Shown one piece after another: positions 55,636 through 64,000 of a stretch of DNA of 64,000 nt (positions are counted from its first letter, which is position 1; every line of letters starts with the position of its first letter). Position numbers and translations under genes: made by a program. The notes under the pieces were generated by a model. That model was not told the origin of the DNA, did not search any database, and was given only the letters and a program-made list of their open reading frames with translations. Source of the stretch: a virus; the IMG/VR virus record IMGVR_UViG_3300046665_000361, positions 1-64,000 of that record, one strand, 5' to 3'.

Positions 55636-56211
55636 ATGAGTAAGAAAGAATCGGCTACCCCGGCCATCAGCGATTTGGTAAAGATCCGGGATGGTGAATA
55701 CAGCTTCATGTTCAACAAACTGCGGATGTTCGTGAGTGCGATCCCTGACGGCCAGCAAGGGTCTGTCACGGTCGACGGCGAAACCGAAAACAACCGGAAG
55801 TACTTCATCGTTGACATTACAGGCCTCGGTCTGGAAAGCGTCGAATCCGAAGTCAACGCAGCTCAGGGCGCGGTACTCGAAGCTGTTCTGAAGAGCGAGT
55901 TCTACGACAACGGCGATGACCTTCAGGTTCTGTGTGGGTACATCAGCAAGGCTGTGCCGGTACACCGTATCGAAGATGCAGCCGCGATCATCGACCGTTG
56001 GTTCACCGAGAAGCGCGATCAGATCCATGAGCTGTTCGACTTCATCACCGATCTGCGTCCTGCGGCCATTACCGGCTGTGAAGTGGTAAATCGTTACGCG
56101 CTGTTGGAATTCTCTGAAAGTCTGATTGAACAGCCAGAAGACTTCGGCGCTGTGGATCTCACCGATCTCGATGATGAGCCAGAAGACGAAGTTGAGGAGG
56201 AAGGTGAATAA
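55636..56211 (+). CDS. Acidic hypothetical protein (cluster gene 3)
   Basis: 191 aa, AAGGT SD, acidic tail. Confidence 0.8.
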   Translation: MSKKESATPAISDLVKIRDGEYSFMFNKLRMFVSAIPDGQQGSVTVDGETENNRKYFIVDITGLGLESVESEVNAAQGAVLEAVLKSEFYDNGDDLQVLCGYISKAVPVHRIEDAAAIIDRWFTEKRDQIHELFDFITDLRPAAITGCEVVNRYALLEFSESLIEQPEDFGAVDLTDLDDEPEDEVEEEGE

Positions 56212-56213
56212 CC

Positions 56214-56630
56214 ATGGCAGGCTTCCTGTCAAATCCGGGTAAAATTATCATCGAAGTAGACCGCGAATCGATGGCGGCTTTGCGCTCAATGGCGGAGAGT
56301 ATCCGTTTCACTGAGCGCGAAGATTTCATTGAGAAAGTGTGCAGTATCCTGTTGTTGTCCTGGGTACTGTTCGGAGTAGTGGACGAAGTGACGGTAGATG
56401 CTTTCGAGCGGATTGTAGGTACGGTCACTATCCGACCCGGCCAGGCGCAGGACAAACTGTGGGGAGAGTTCCTGCTACTGCGTAAAGTCTTCATGAGCAG
56501 ACATGGCGATCAGGATCTGATCCGACGTTCTCTGGAAGAGCTGATAGGTCATTACGATCTAAGGGTCTTCCCGGAAGAAATGTTTCGGGTACAGTTGTCT
56601 CCCCAAGGTTCAACCATGATGGTGTCGTAA
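56214..56630 (+). CDS. Hypothetical protein (cluster gene 4)
   Basis: 138 aa, tightly coupled to neighbours. Confidence 0.75.
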   Translation: MAGFLSNPGKIIIEVDRESMAALRSMAESIRFTEREDFIEKVCSILLLSWVLFGVVDEVTVDAFERIVGTVTIRPGQAQDKLWGEFLLLRKVFMSRHGDQDLIRRSLEELIGHYDLRVFPEEMFRVQLSPQGSTMMVS

Positions 56631-57049
56631 TGGAAGAAGCTGATTTTATTTACGAGATCGATAAAAGCGCTATCAACGATCTGGTACGGATAGCCAATAT
56701 CCTGTTGGAAGAGACTGACGCGTTCAGGGACAAGCCTTACAAGTACGTACTGGCCCATGTGTTGGAAGCAGTCCTCCTCGACTGGGCCTTCATGGATAAC
56801 ACCATGATCGAAGACTTGTTCCTTGAGATCGATTGTATCAGCGACGGCATGCTCCGTACTCTGTGCAAAAAGATCATGGACCAGTTGGTACAGTGCACGT
56901 CCGAGGTCTACCCGACACTCAACAACACCAAACTTACAATCATTCAGGAGTACCACAACACGGAGATCGACTTCCTACCCGATGACCGTTTCTTCAACCA
57001 AACTGTGCTGAACGAAAAGCACGGCTTCTTCAAAATAACCTTGAATTGA
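56630..57049 (+). CDS. Hypothetical protein (cluster gene 5)
   Basis: 139 aa, TAATG coupling. Confidence 0.75.
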   Translation: MEEADFIYEIDKSAINDLVRIANILLEETDAFRDKPYKYVLAHVLEAVLLDWAFMDNTMIEDLFLEIDCISDGMLRTLCKKIMDQLVQCTSEVYPTLNNTKLTIIQEYHNTEIDFLPDDRFFNQTVLNEKHGFFKITLN

Positions 57050-57058
57050 TGGTGTCCG

Positions 57059-57376
57059 ATGCATGATACTGAATCATTTCTATTCTCCATGACTCGTGTC
57101 CGCAGCGTCTCTGAGGACGCTGTTGAGTTTATGCTGTCCGAGTGTGTGACAGCCCTCATCAACGAAGACCTTGGCCGTATCGGCGAGGCTATCCGCATCC
57201 TCATGTACGAGTACAATGTACGTGAAGAAGACATCGATGCTCTGACAGGCTCGTGCCTCGACAGCATCTCCAACTACGGTATCCATCTGGAGGCCATTCG
57301 CCGGAGACTGTCAGTCAAGGATGTACATTGCCTGGTTAAGAATTCCTACGTCCGACTTACAGTACAGTGGAGATAA
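57059..57376 (+). CDS. Hypothetical protein (cluster gene 6)
   Basis: 105 aa in the operon. Confidence 0.72.
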   Translation: MHDTESFLFSMTRVRSVSEDAVEFMLSECVTALINEDLGRIGEAIRILMYEYNVREEDIDALTGSCLDSISNYGIHLEAIRRRLSVKDVHCLVKNSYVRLTVQWR

Positions 57377-57379
57377 TAC

Positions 57380-57733
57380 GTGACTGCTACTACCCAAACC
57401 CTTATCCTGTACGACGAACGTTTGAACCGATTCATCAACACCATTGATCTGGATGAAACTATCAAGACTCTGGGTAGCATCATTGAAGAATTCCGCGATC
57501 GGTTTCCAATTGCTGATTACAACCTCGTATGGCCTCCAGAGAAACTGGTGATCCCCATGGGGCGGGAAGACTCTTCGTTGAAGGTATTATATCGGGTATT
57601 GCATGAATTGCTGGACTTGAGCGGCTGGCCAGTGACTATTCTGCAACGGATGACGGTATCGAACCATGAGCCAAGAAAAACGACTGTGCTACAGTTATCA
57701 CCCAAAATCCAAAGACTCGTCAGACTCAACTAA
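57380..57733 (+). CDS. Hypothetical protein (cluster gene 7)
   Basis: 117 aa, GTG start with GGAG SD. Confidence 0.72.
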   Translation: MTATTQTLILYDERLNRFINTIDLDETIKTLGSIIEEFRDRFPIADYNLVWPPEKLVIPMGREDSSLKVLYRVLHELLDLSGWPVTILQRMTVSNHEPRKTTVLQLSPKIQRLVRLN

Positions 57734-58109
57734 GAAAAGCGCCGCAGAAAGTGTCATCATCGACATTACTGCCGCTGTTCGAAAGTTCATGAATGCTGTA
57801 GATAGTCAAGTAGACAATCTGGGGTATGACGTTAGAGGCATCATTCTCGAGTACTCGGCGTATCGAGATGGTGTTGGGGATGAGATAGACTCCACCCCAT
57901 TGGCGTTTCAATTCTACCGGAATATGTTGGTGGAGGATGAACAGGATGCCAGAACCATTGCCGAGCTTGCTGTAAAGATACTATACCCAAGAATTACCAG
58001 TCAAATCAGAGAGTTAGGTTATATCGCAGGTGCAATTACCCACGTTAGTTACAAGAATGTCCGACGAACTAACAGCCTCCACTGTCAGGTGGTCATGATG
58101 GTGGTGTAA
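57666..58109 (+). CDS. Hypothetical protein (cluster gene 8)
   Basis: 147 aa; overlaps gene 7 by 68 nt, so the start is uncertain. Confidence 0.7.
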   Translation: MSQEKRLCYSYHPKSKDSSDSTKKSAAESVIIDITAAVRKFMNAVDSQVDNLGYDVRGIILEYSAYRDGVGDEIDSTPLAFQFYRNMLVEDEQDARTIAELAVKILYPRITSQIRELGYIAGAITHVSYKNVRRTNSLHCQVVMMVV

Positions 58110-58127
58110 CATCCGCTGGAGTATTAC

Positions 58128-58460
58128 ATGGTGAGATATCAGCAAATCGGGTATTCTCCCGAGTTATACCAAGTTATAGAACAAGTAGCATTCGCCCGTT
58201 ATCCTCACGAGATGTATCGTGATGATCATCCAGCCTTTCAAGCCAAAGCCGATCGGGAACGCGAAGACTTTCGTAAGAACCTGATCGCTGGCCTGATCGG
58301 TAAAGATGATCAGAATGACGGCCCAGGCCTTGCAGGTGAATATCTGGAAGTGCTGTATGAAGCCATCGATGATGATGATCTGAGAGCCTTGATCGAATTC
58401 GGCACGCTGGATGAGCTGCATTTCGATCAGCATGGCTACTATCTGGCAATCATCGAGTAA
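58128..58460 (+). CDS. Hypothetical protein (cluster gene 9)
   Basis: 110 aa, GGAG SD. Confidence 0.75.
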   Translation: MVRYQQIGYSPELYQVIEQVAFARYPHEMYRDDHPAFQAKADREREDFRKNLIAGLIGKDDQNDGPGLAGEYLEVLYEAIDDDDLRALIEFGTLDELHFDQHGYYLAIIE

Positions 58461-58475
58461 TAGGAGACACGGCTA

Positions 58476-58871
58476 ATGCTGCTCAATTCCGACAGCCTGG
58501 ACAAGACGATCAGCTTCGAGAGTGTTGCTGGCGAGAAGTTCAACAACCTCAAGTTTACAGAAATCTTCAGCGCCTCGACTGTAATGTCGTTCAAGTTCGA
58601 TGCGCCTGCCAAGCACACTCAGTACTTCCCCTACCTGACGGATGGAACACCGGATAGCTATACGGCGTACAAGTACGCCAAGTTCCTGTATCCCGATGGT
58701 ACGGTGTTGTACATGGGCATGCCTTGGGTACGTGCGGATTCGATTGTAGAGAACGATTCTCCCACACGAATTATCACTCTGCCTCCTACCGTCACGAACG
58801 ATCAGTTCGAGACCATCAAGTCGTTTCTCACGACCCTCAACATCGATGACTACATGGTCTCGGTGCAGTAA
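58476..58871 (+). CDS. Conserved core protein (phiKZ gp49-like)
   Basis: 131 aa, AGGAG SD; D..AKH...FPYL..GTP.....Y.Y......G.PW motif; immediately upstream of the DNA polymerase. Confidence 0.68.
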   Translation: MLLNSDSLDKTISFESVAGEKFNNLKFTEIFSASTVMSFKFDAPAKHTQYFPYLTDGTPDSYTAYKYAKFLYPDGTVLYMGMPWVRADSIVENDSPTRIITLPPTVTNDQFETIKSFLTTLNIDDYMVSVQ

Positions 58872-58881
58872 GGTCGCCCCG

Positions 58882-58921
58882 CCCCCGCTTCGGCGGGGGT
58901 GAGATCGACTTCTTTTTTTTT
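58882..58921 (+). terminator. Hairpin terminator with displaced U-tract
   Basis: CCCCCGC-TTCG-GCGGGGG, 13-nt spacer ending in TTC, then T9. Confidence 0.75.
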
Positions 58922-58970
58922 GTTACTAAAGTCACCAATGGTACGATAGTTAACTGATGGGACATAGCGC

Positions 58971-61097
58971 ATGACCGCTGAAAACCCTTTTCTGTGGGAA
59001 CGTGACGAATACGGACGAGACATCGATATCCGTAAAGGTTACATCCAGCAGACTGCTAAATACATTTCGACCAACACAGGTAAGCCATTTGAGGAGTGCG
59101 TGAAGTTTGTACTCGGTAAAATGAAAGCCAACCCTGAGTTGTTCAAAGACCCGCGTATGCTGCAACTTGTCAAGAAACGTCCTGGCGAGCGGGTAAAGGA
59201 TGAGACTACATTCCTGGGCTATATCGAGGAGATTCGTACCTCTGGCCGGATTGTCTCCCCATCGCTGGTGATTTACGAACGTCCCGAAGTCCTGAAGTCC
59301 GTTACTGCCGAGTGGCAGGAAGATAACATTGCCGCTCGTAAGAAGTCTAAACGAGCCATGCTCGACTTCCAGCAGATCGGCGAGGCTTTGAAAGCTACAC
59401 TGGCTGACTACGACCAGAACGCCCGTAAGATCCGAATCAACTCGGTATCGGGTATGCGCGGTTTTGAAGGTAACCCCCTCTTCTTGGCCACCGGTCACTC
59501 GAGCCTTACCTCTCTGTGCCGCGCTGCTGCCGGGTACGGTAACGCTACTGTAGAACGGTTCCTGATGGGGTCGAGGCATTACCACACTCCAGAGATTGCC
59601 AAAGCTAACCTCATGGCAATGCTGACCATCGAAGACAGCGCCAAGATCGCCAAGATCATGGACAAGTACCAGTTGATCTATCCGTCAGTAAATGACGTGA
59701 TGGAGATGGTGCATCGGTCTAGCTCTCTGTACTGGAAGGTGCCTGCTGAGTCAGCACAGATCCTGAACACCGTCAAAGGGTTTACCCCCTTAGAACGGGC
59801 AGTAGTTTGCTATTCCGGCGACATGTTTCACTTGGCTAAGCTAAACCCGCTAGTCATCAAGAAACTGTTTAATGACCTGATGGCGGTAGATACCTCAGAC
59901 TGTCCAGAGGTAGACACCTCTGAGTATCTGAAGAACTTCGGTGCTACAGAAATTGCGTATGTAAACTGCTTGTCGGCAGACATCATGCGTGGTACAACGC
60001 ACAAGAAAGTGGTGGTAGAGGACCAGAGCGGTTGGGCTCAGATTGGTAAGACCGCATTCAAAGTCCGCAAGGGCCTGAACGATTGGTCAGACTTCATCTC
60101 AGCACTATTTGCCCCAACTCACTTGCCGCCTACCGTTGCCAACCTGAAAGCTATTCAGCGCAGGGCGTGCCTGGCAGCAGATACCGACTCTTCTATCTTT
60201 ACTTGCGAGTACTGGGTCGAATGGTTCACCGGCAGCCTCAAACGCAGCCCAGAGGCCGACAAGGTCTGGTATCTGACTACCTACATGGCGTGTCAGTGTA
60301 TTGCGCACTCATTGGCGATGCTGTCTGCAAACATCGGCGTTAGTAAGTCGATGTTGTTTGACCTTGCCATGAAGAACGAATACAGCTTCCCGGTATTTGC
60401 ACTGACCAACTTGGCTAAGCATTACTTCGCCAGTAAATCGGTTCAGGAAGGTAACGTCTATCCTGAGAACAAGCATGAGATCAAAGGTGTTGAGTTGCGG
60501 GGGTCTACTGCGACTAAGAAGGTACTCGACGCTACTGAGGAGATGATGCTCTACATCCTCAATGCAGCCGAGAATGGTGAGAAGATCTCAGCCTACGACT
60601 TGATGAAGGTCGTTGCACAATTCGAGATCGAGACTATCCAGTCCATCAAGAAGGGCGAGTACACTTATCTTCGTTCAGCGCAGATCAAGCCCGATAGTAA
60701 CAAGATGCCGTACTACGAGTTGTGGCAAGATGTATTTGCCCCTAAATACGGCGACAGTATCGAACCACCTATTCCGTGCGTCAAGGTAACCACTGAGCTG
60801 ACCAACAAAACGCTGATGCGTGAGTGGCTCATGAACATGGAAGATAAGGCTCTGGCAGAGCGTATGGCAGCATGGCTCGATAAGTACAACCGTAAGGACC
60901 TGAAGACTATCTATCTCCCACGAGAAGCAATCAAAGGTCATGGTCTACCTATTGAGATTCAGGACGCTGCAAACGTTCGCAAGCTCGCCTACCAAATCAA
61001 CTCCGGATTCTACCGAATCCTGGAATCAACCGGCCTCTACATTGTCGATCGTAATAACTATCGATTGGTGTATGACTTCTTGGGGATGACGGCATGA
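58971..61097 (+). CDS. Family B DNA polymerase, polymerase-domain subunit of a split enzyme (phiKZ gp50-like)
   Basis: Motif B QNARKIRINSVSG, motif C AADTDSSIF, KNEY.F, AKHYF, EIKGVELR; no recognisable exonuclease motifs. Confidence 0.88.
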   Translation: MTAENPFLWERDEYGRDIDIRKGYIQQTAKYISTNTGKPFEECVKFVLGKMKANPELFKDPRMLQLVKKRPGERVKDETTFLGYIEEIRTSGRIVSPSLVIYERPEVLKSVTAEWQEDNIAARKKSKRAMLDFQQIGEALKATLADYDQNARKIRINSVSGMRGFEGNPLFLATGHSSLTSLCRAAAGYGNATVERFLMGSRHYHTPEIAKANLMAMLTIEDSAKIAKIMDKYQLIYPSVNDVMEMVHRSSSLYWKVPAESAQILNTVKGFTPLERAVVCYSGDMFHLAKLNPLVIKKLFNDLMAVDTSDCPEVDTSEYLKNFGATEIAYVNCLSADIMRGTTHKKVVVEDQSGWAQIGKTAFKVRKGLNDWSDFISALFAPTHLPPTVANLKAIQRRACLAADTDSSIFTCEYWVEWFTGSLKRSPEADKVWYLTTYMACQCIAHSLAMLSANIGVSKSMLFDLAMKNEYSFPVFALTNLAKHYFASKSVQEGNVYPENKHEIKGVELRGSTATKKVLDATEEMMLYILNAAENGEKISAYDLMKVVAQFEIETIQSIKKGEYTYLRSAQIKPDSNKMPYYELWQDVFAPKYGDSIEPPIPCVKVTTELTNKTLMREWLMNMEDKALAERMAAWLDKYNRKDLKTIYLPREAIKGHGLPIEIQDAANVRKLAYQINSGFYRILESTGLYIVDRNNYRLVYDFLGMTA

Positions 61098-61447
61098 ATG
61101 GCAGACCTGCTAATGTCCAGTACTCTACGGACTATTTTAACAACTTCTTGTCGCCGCTAAAGCCGCAGTGCGAAGTCGTTAAGTATCGCGTGAGTTATAA
61201 ATGCCTGAATCCACCAGGCGCCTATTTGAACTCTGATGGGTTCTACGATCAGAATCCTGTCCGTCGTGTTCGTCCAAGGTTGATGGAAGCCCCAACGGGG
61301 TTCTATACGGTCTACGACGAAAGTAAGGTGGCCGCAGTTTTCGCCAGTTTGATGGCGGCAAATCCTTTCACTACGTTTAACCCTAACTTTTCGATACTGG
61401 CACCAGATGACGTTAAGTCGAACCCGATGCCAAGGAACTTCCCATGA
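61094..61447 (+). CDS. Hypothetical protein
   Basis: 117 aa, ATGA-coupled to the polymerase gene. Confidence 0.7.
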   Translation: MNGRPANVQYSTDYFNNFLSPLKPQCEVVKYRVSYKCLNPPGAYLNSDGFYDQNPVRRVRPRLMEAPTGFYTVYDESKVAAVFASLMAANPFTTFNPNFSILAPDDVKSNPMPRNFP

Positions 61448-61671
61448 CCAGCAATGTGATTGCAGTATGCGTAACCTACAGACTCTCGGGTGACGATAAT
61501 CGACAACGCCAAGTTCGTTTCCCAGTACCGCTCGAAAAGACCGAGCACGAAGTACTTACCGAAGCTCTGCGCGACGTCCTTCACCTGGGACCAGTGTGGT
61601 TGGAACGTGTAGAGTTCATCTCGGATGTTGTTCCAGGGACCGACATTACTACCGCCACGATCGGAGACTAG
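61444..61671 (+). CDS. Hypothetical protein
   Basis: 75 aa, ATGA coupling, AAGGA SD. Confidence 0.7.
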   Translation: MTSNVIAVCVTYRLSGDDNRQRQVRFPVPLEKTEHEVLTEALRDVLHLGPVWLERVEFISDVVPGTDITTATIGD

Positions 61672-61672
61672 C

Positions 61673-62116
61673 ATGACTGATAAACGAACATACATCGATG
61701 TAACGTACATCGATGCTAAAAAGCATGAATTCAAACTACGTTACCTGGCTGCGGTGCTTTCACCAACCGATACTCGCGAAGCCAGGCTAGAAACGTACGA
61801 TGAAGTAATGGTCAGGGTCAACGCAGACATTCGTAGCTCATCCTGGATGAGCACCATCACGGGGATGTCTTCTGGAATTTGTCCCCTGAACTTCTATTCT
61901 GAAGAAATGGAAGAATACGTGTGCTATCGAGCGCATGTGGTGTTTGAAACCAAACCAGACTTCTTTTTCAAGAATGGTCCCACTGAGTTCCTCGGCGATA
62001 AGGATGAGTCGCTCGGTAGCCTTCTGGCACGAGTAGCTGATGCCATTAAAGACAAACCTACAGCTGTAGAACTGATCACATCCAGAGTTCGCGTCTTAGC
62101 CAAGATCCCGAGCTAG
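61673..62116 (+). CDS. Hypothetical protein (147 aa)
   Basis: GGAG SD gives ATG 61673, 1 nt after the upstream stop. Confidence 0.72.
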   Translation: MTDKRTYIDVTYIDAKKHEFKLRYLAAVLSPTDTREARLETYDEVMVRVNADIRSSSWMSTITGMSSGICPLNFYSEEMEEYVCYRAHVVFETKPDFFFKNGPTEFLGDKDESLGSLLARVADAIKDKPTAVELITSRVRVLAKIPS

Positions 62117-62121
62117 CCAAT

Positions 62122-62165
62122 GCGGCATACAGGCAGGCGGTCACCCGCCTGCCTGTACTTTATGC
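62122..62165. terminator. Bidirectional hairpin with TATGC on both strands
   Basis: GCGGCA-TACAGGCAGGCGG-TCAC-CCGCCTGCCTGTA-CTTTATGCT between convergent genes. Confidence 0.7.
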
Positions 62166-63242
62166 TGCGGGTAGAGCTTGTGTGACCATCCGATCAAATC
62201 GCTCTGTCAAAAACACACTCTCGGCAGTGGTGAGGCCTGACGACAGAAGTTTGCTCTCCTTGATCTCAATCATAGTCCGTTTGACGTGGATGATCTCACT
62301 GACCAGCTTATCGTACCCGGTGATCTTGCCGAACTGGAGCACGACCGCCATCGGATCGACCTTCTGAGAGATCAATGCCCAGATGACCTGAGAAGTAGGT
62401 GTCATACTCGACAACGACACGCTGTTCAGATAGCTACTCCCGTAGACGACCGGTATGCTGTCCAAGATCTGTCCTGAAGTAAGACGAGGAATGGATACCT
62501 TATCGTAAACTTCATTGACAATATCATCAGCGTGTTTGTTAGTCGGTGTCTGAGCGAACGGGAGATTGGTTTTGACCTCCACTGGTTTACGGATACCTAA
62601 CCGTACCATGAGCTTATTGAAGATCACCACATTCAGGTGGCTACGCATCATGTTTGGCAATACGATTGTGGTCAGGTAGTTCTCCATCAACTTACCTGGG
62701 TTGGCCGTCTGCCACATCTTCCACTGACCTGCCAGCAAGGGGATGTCAATAGAGATGATAGCGAGGTCATGGCCAGTCATGGTGACCGAGTTCTTTACAG
62801 CAGGTTCAAACACCGTCATGTCGGTAACGGGGTGTGTCACCACCTCCACAGGCGCCAATGTCTGCCAGCCGGACCACAGGTCCATTGGAGAGTGCTTTGG
62901 GTTCCTGGTATAGATGATGATCTCCGGACATTCTGGATAGAACAATCCTTCGGTAAACATCCCGCCTGCATTATAGCTGGTGGTAATCCCAAGACTCGAG
63001 CAGATTGACCTAGCTGCTACATCGACATCCCTCATGTAACTGAAGAGATCGCCGGTGAACTTAACAGTCAGGCTGCTCAGGATCTTCATCAACAGATGGG
63101 CACTGTCGAGACGTCCTGGTGCTTGGCGTCTGGTGTCTACGTACTTCTGGAAGTTCTCATCAACCCTTCCAGTAAGATACGCCATTCGAGCGTATTGAAA
63201 CGGTGACTTGCTGAAACTGGTCGGGTTGAGGATATCGTACAT
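62160..63242 (-). CDS. Virion structural protein (phiKZ gp52-like)
   Basis: 360 aa; HLL.KIL, W..L.P.....HP, IISIDIP.L..Q, VLPNMM.SH motifs; lies between the polymerase and the putative chimallin gene. Confidence 0.68.
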   Translation of the reverse strand: MYDILNPTSFSKSPFQYARMAYLTGRVDENFQKYVDTRRQAPGRLDSAHLLMKILSSLTVKFTGDLFSYMRDVDVAARSICSSLGITTSYNAGGMFTEGLFYPECPEIIIYTRNPKHSPMDLWSGWQTLAPVEVVTHPVTDMTVFEPAVKNSVTMTGHDLAIISIDIPLLAGQWKMWQTANPGKLMENYLTTIVLPNMMRSHLNVVIFNKLMVRLGIRKPVEVKTNLPFAQTPTNKHADDIVNEVYDKVSIPRLTSGQILDSIPVVYGSSYLNSVSLSSMTPTSQVIWALISQKVDPMAVVLQFGKITGYDKLVSEIIHVKRTMIEIKESKLLSSGLTTAESVFLTERFDRMVTQALPAA

Positions 63243-63267
63243 GCGGTAGAGTCCTTCGATAATTCGT

Positions 63268-63468
63268 AAAAAGTTACACAGTGTATACTACTATATGTAG
63301 ATACTACACGGGGCCGTGCGGTCTCGGCTAAGGTCTATAATGCATCTGTTCGCTGATCTTCCCATTTCATTAGTGAAATGAAAGAAAATAGGGCGATACA
63401 TTATCGTTGTGCATATGCATGACGCAATGTAGTTGTAGGTAGTGGAAAAGATTACACTGACACATTAC
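63268..63468 (+). promoter_or_regulatory. Three tandem promoter-like motifs upstream of the putative chimallin gene
   Basis: AAAAAGTTACACAGTGTATACTAC (63268), AAAATAGGGCGATACATTATC (63386), AAAAGATTACACTGACACATTAC (63446). Confidence 0.55.
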
Positions 63469-63704
63469 CTGCTTGAACCCTAAGCAAGGAGATGGACCTT
63501 GATCCGTAAAACTTAACCGCAGCACCGTCTATAATGACCGATGTGAGTGTGTCTCGGTCACCCACCACCCACATACCCGGTGGTACGCTGGGAAGTTCAA
63601 GCCCTAAGTCCACGACGGTGGGCGATACCGGAAGTCCTGACTGCGATAAGGACAAAAGTACAAACATTATTCGCATCTTTGTGCAGCACAATTAGGAGTA
63701 GTAG

Positions 63705-64000
63705 ATGAGTAACAATGACGACGATTTCGTAACGAACGACGCTCCTGGCGACAGTTCGTCCTCGCAGCGCGATGACTCTCGCCGTGAAGAACGTACTCGC
63801 GAGTCCCGTGATTCCCGCGACGAGCGCGATAACGATCGCGATCGCGATGAACGTTCCAGCCGCCGTAGCCGCGATGATCGCGACGAAGACGACAAAGACG
63901 GTCCTCGTAAATTCACCATTGCTGACCTCGGCCGTTCCGTATCCGTGCGCCCCACCGCCGGTGGTCTGTCTGACGCTGCACTGCAAGCGCTACAAACCCA
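63705..64000 (+). CDS. chmA: Probable chimallin (phage nuclear shell protein), N-terminus only; runs off the window
   Basis: AGGAG SD; frame open to the window end: MSNNDDDFVTNDAPGDSSSSQRDDSRREERTRESRDSRDERDNDRDRDERSSRRSRDDRDEDDKDGPRKFTIADLGRSVSVRPTAGGLSDAALQALQT. Identity inferred from synteny (phuZ...gp49-gp50-gp52-gp54) and the disordered N-terminus; the folded core is not visible. Confidence 0.6.
   Translation, partial: MSNNDDDFVTNDAPGDSSSSQRDDSRREERTRESRDSRDERDNDRDRDERSSRRSRDDRDEDDKDGPRKFTIADLGRSVSVRPTAGGLSDAALQALQT

Noticed and set aside
63333-63536. Two TATAAT boxes as host sigma70 promoters
   Set aside because: No TTGACA-like -35 at 16-18 nt for either; kept only as a repeated 10-mer.
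63760-63900. CGCGAT/GATCGC repeats as a DNA tandem repeat or CRISPR array
   Set aside because: Irregular, with no constant repeat-spacer period; explained by Arg-Asp codons.
1-64000. Naming the phage species or host
   Set aside because: Gene order and motifs place it among phiKZ-related jumbo phages, but identification needs a database search.

Overview
64 kb of a phiKZ-related, nucleus-forming jumbo myophage (Chimalliviridae-like), gene-dense and using the standard genetic code. Recognisable from motifs in the sequence: RNase H, UvsX/RecA, four pieces of the virion multisubunit RNA polymerase (including the DFDGD beta' and GDK beta subunits), a 2221-aa tail protein with a lytic transglycosylase domain, prohead serine protease, tail tube and sheath, baseplate-type proteins, large terminase, PhuZ tubulin, the polymerase half of a split family-B DNA polymerase, and (truncated at the right edge) the probable start of the nuclear-shell protein chimallin. 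phiKZ gp numbers below come from my recollection of family synteny and motifs, not from a database search. Three accessory islands of small early-type genes lie between the core blocks. Most noteworthy observations: (i) nine tandem small genes between phuZ and the DNA polymerase that share one predicted architecture (candidate diverged paralog family, possibly nucleus-import adaptors); (ii) an Arg/Asp/Glu/Ser mixed-charge N-terminal tail on the putative chimallin behind a ~460-bp structured, multi-promoter leader; (iii) a phage-specific cis-signal grammar: a repeated early-promoter motif, terminators with the U-tract displaced 7-14 nt from the stem, and a hairpin+TATG(C/T) family with no U-tract; (iv) a ~450-bp non-coding, hairpin-rich, strand-skewed locus; (v) a protease-processed head protein with glycine-zipper membrane segments; (vi) a coupled small gene broken by one in-frame TAG. 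No tRNA, rRNA, CRISPR array, intron or transposase could be supported.
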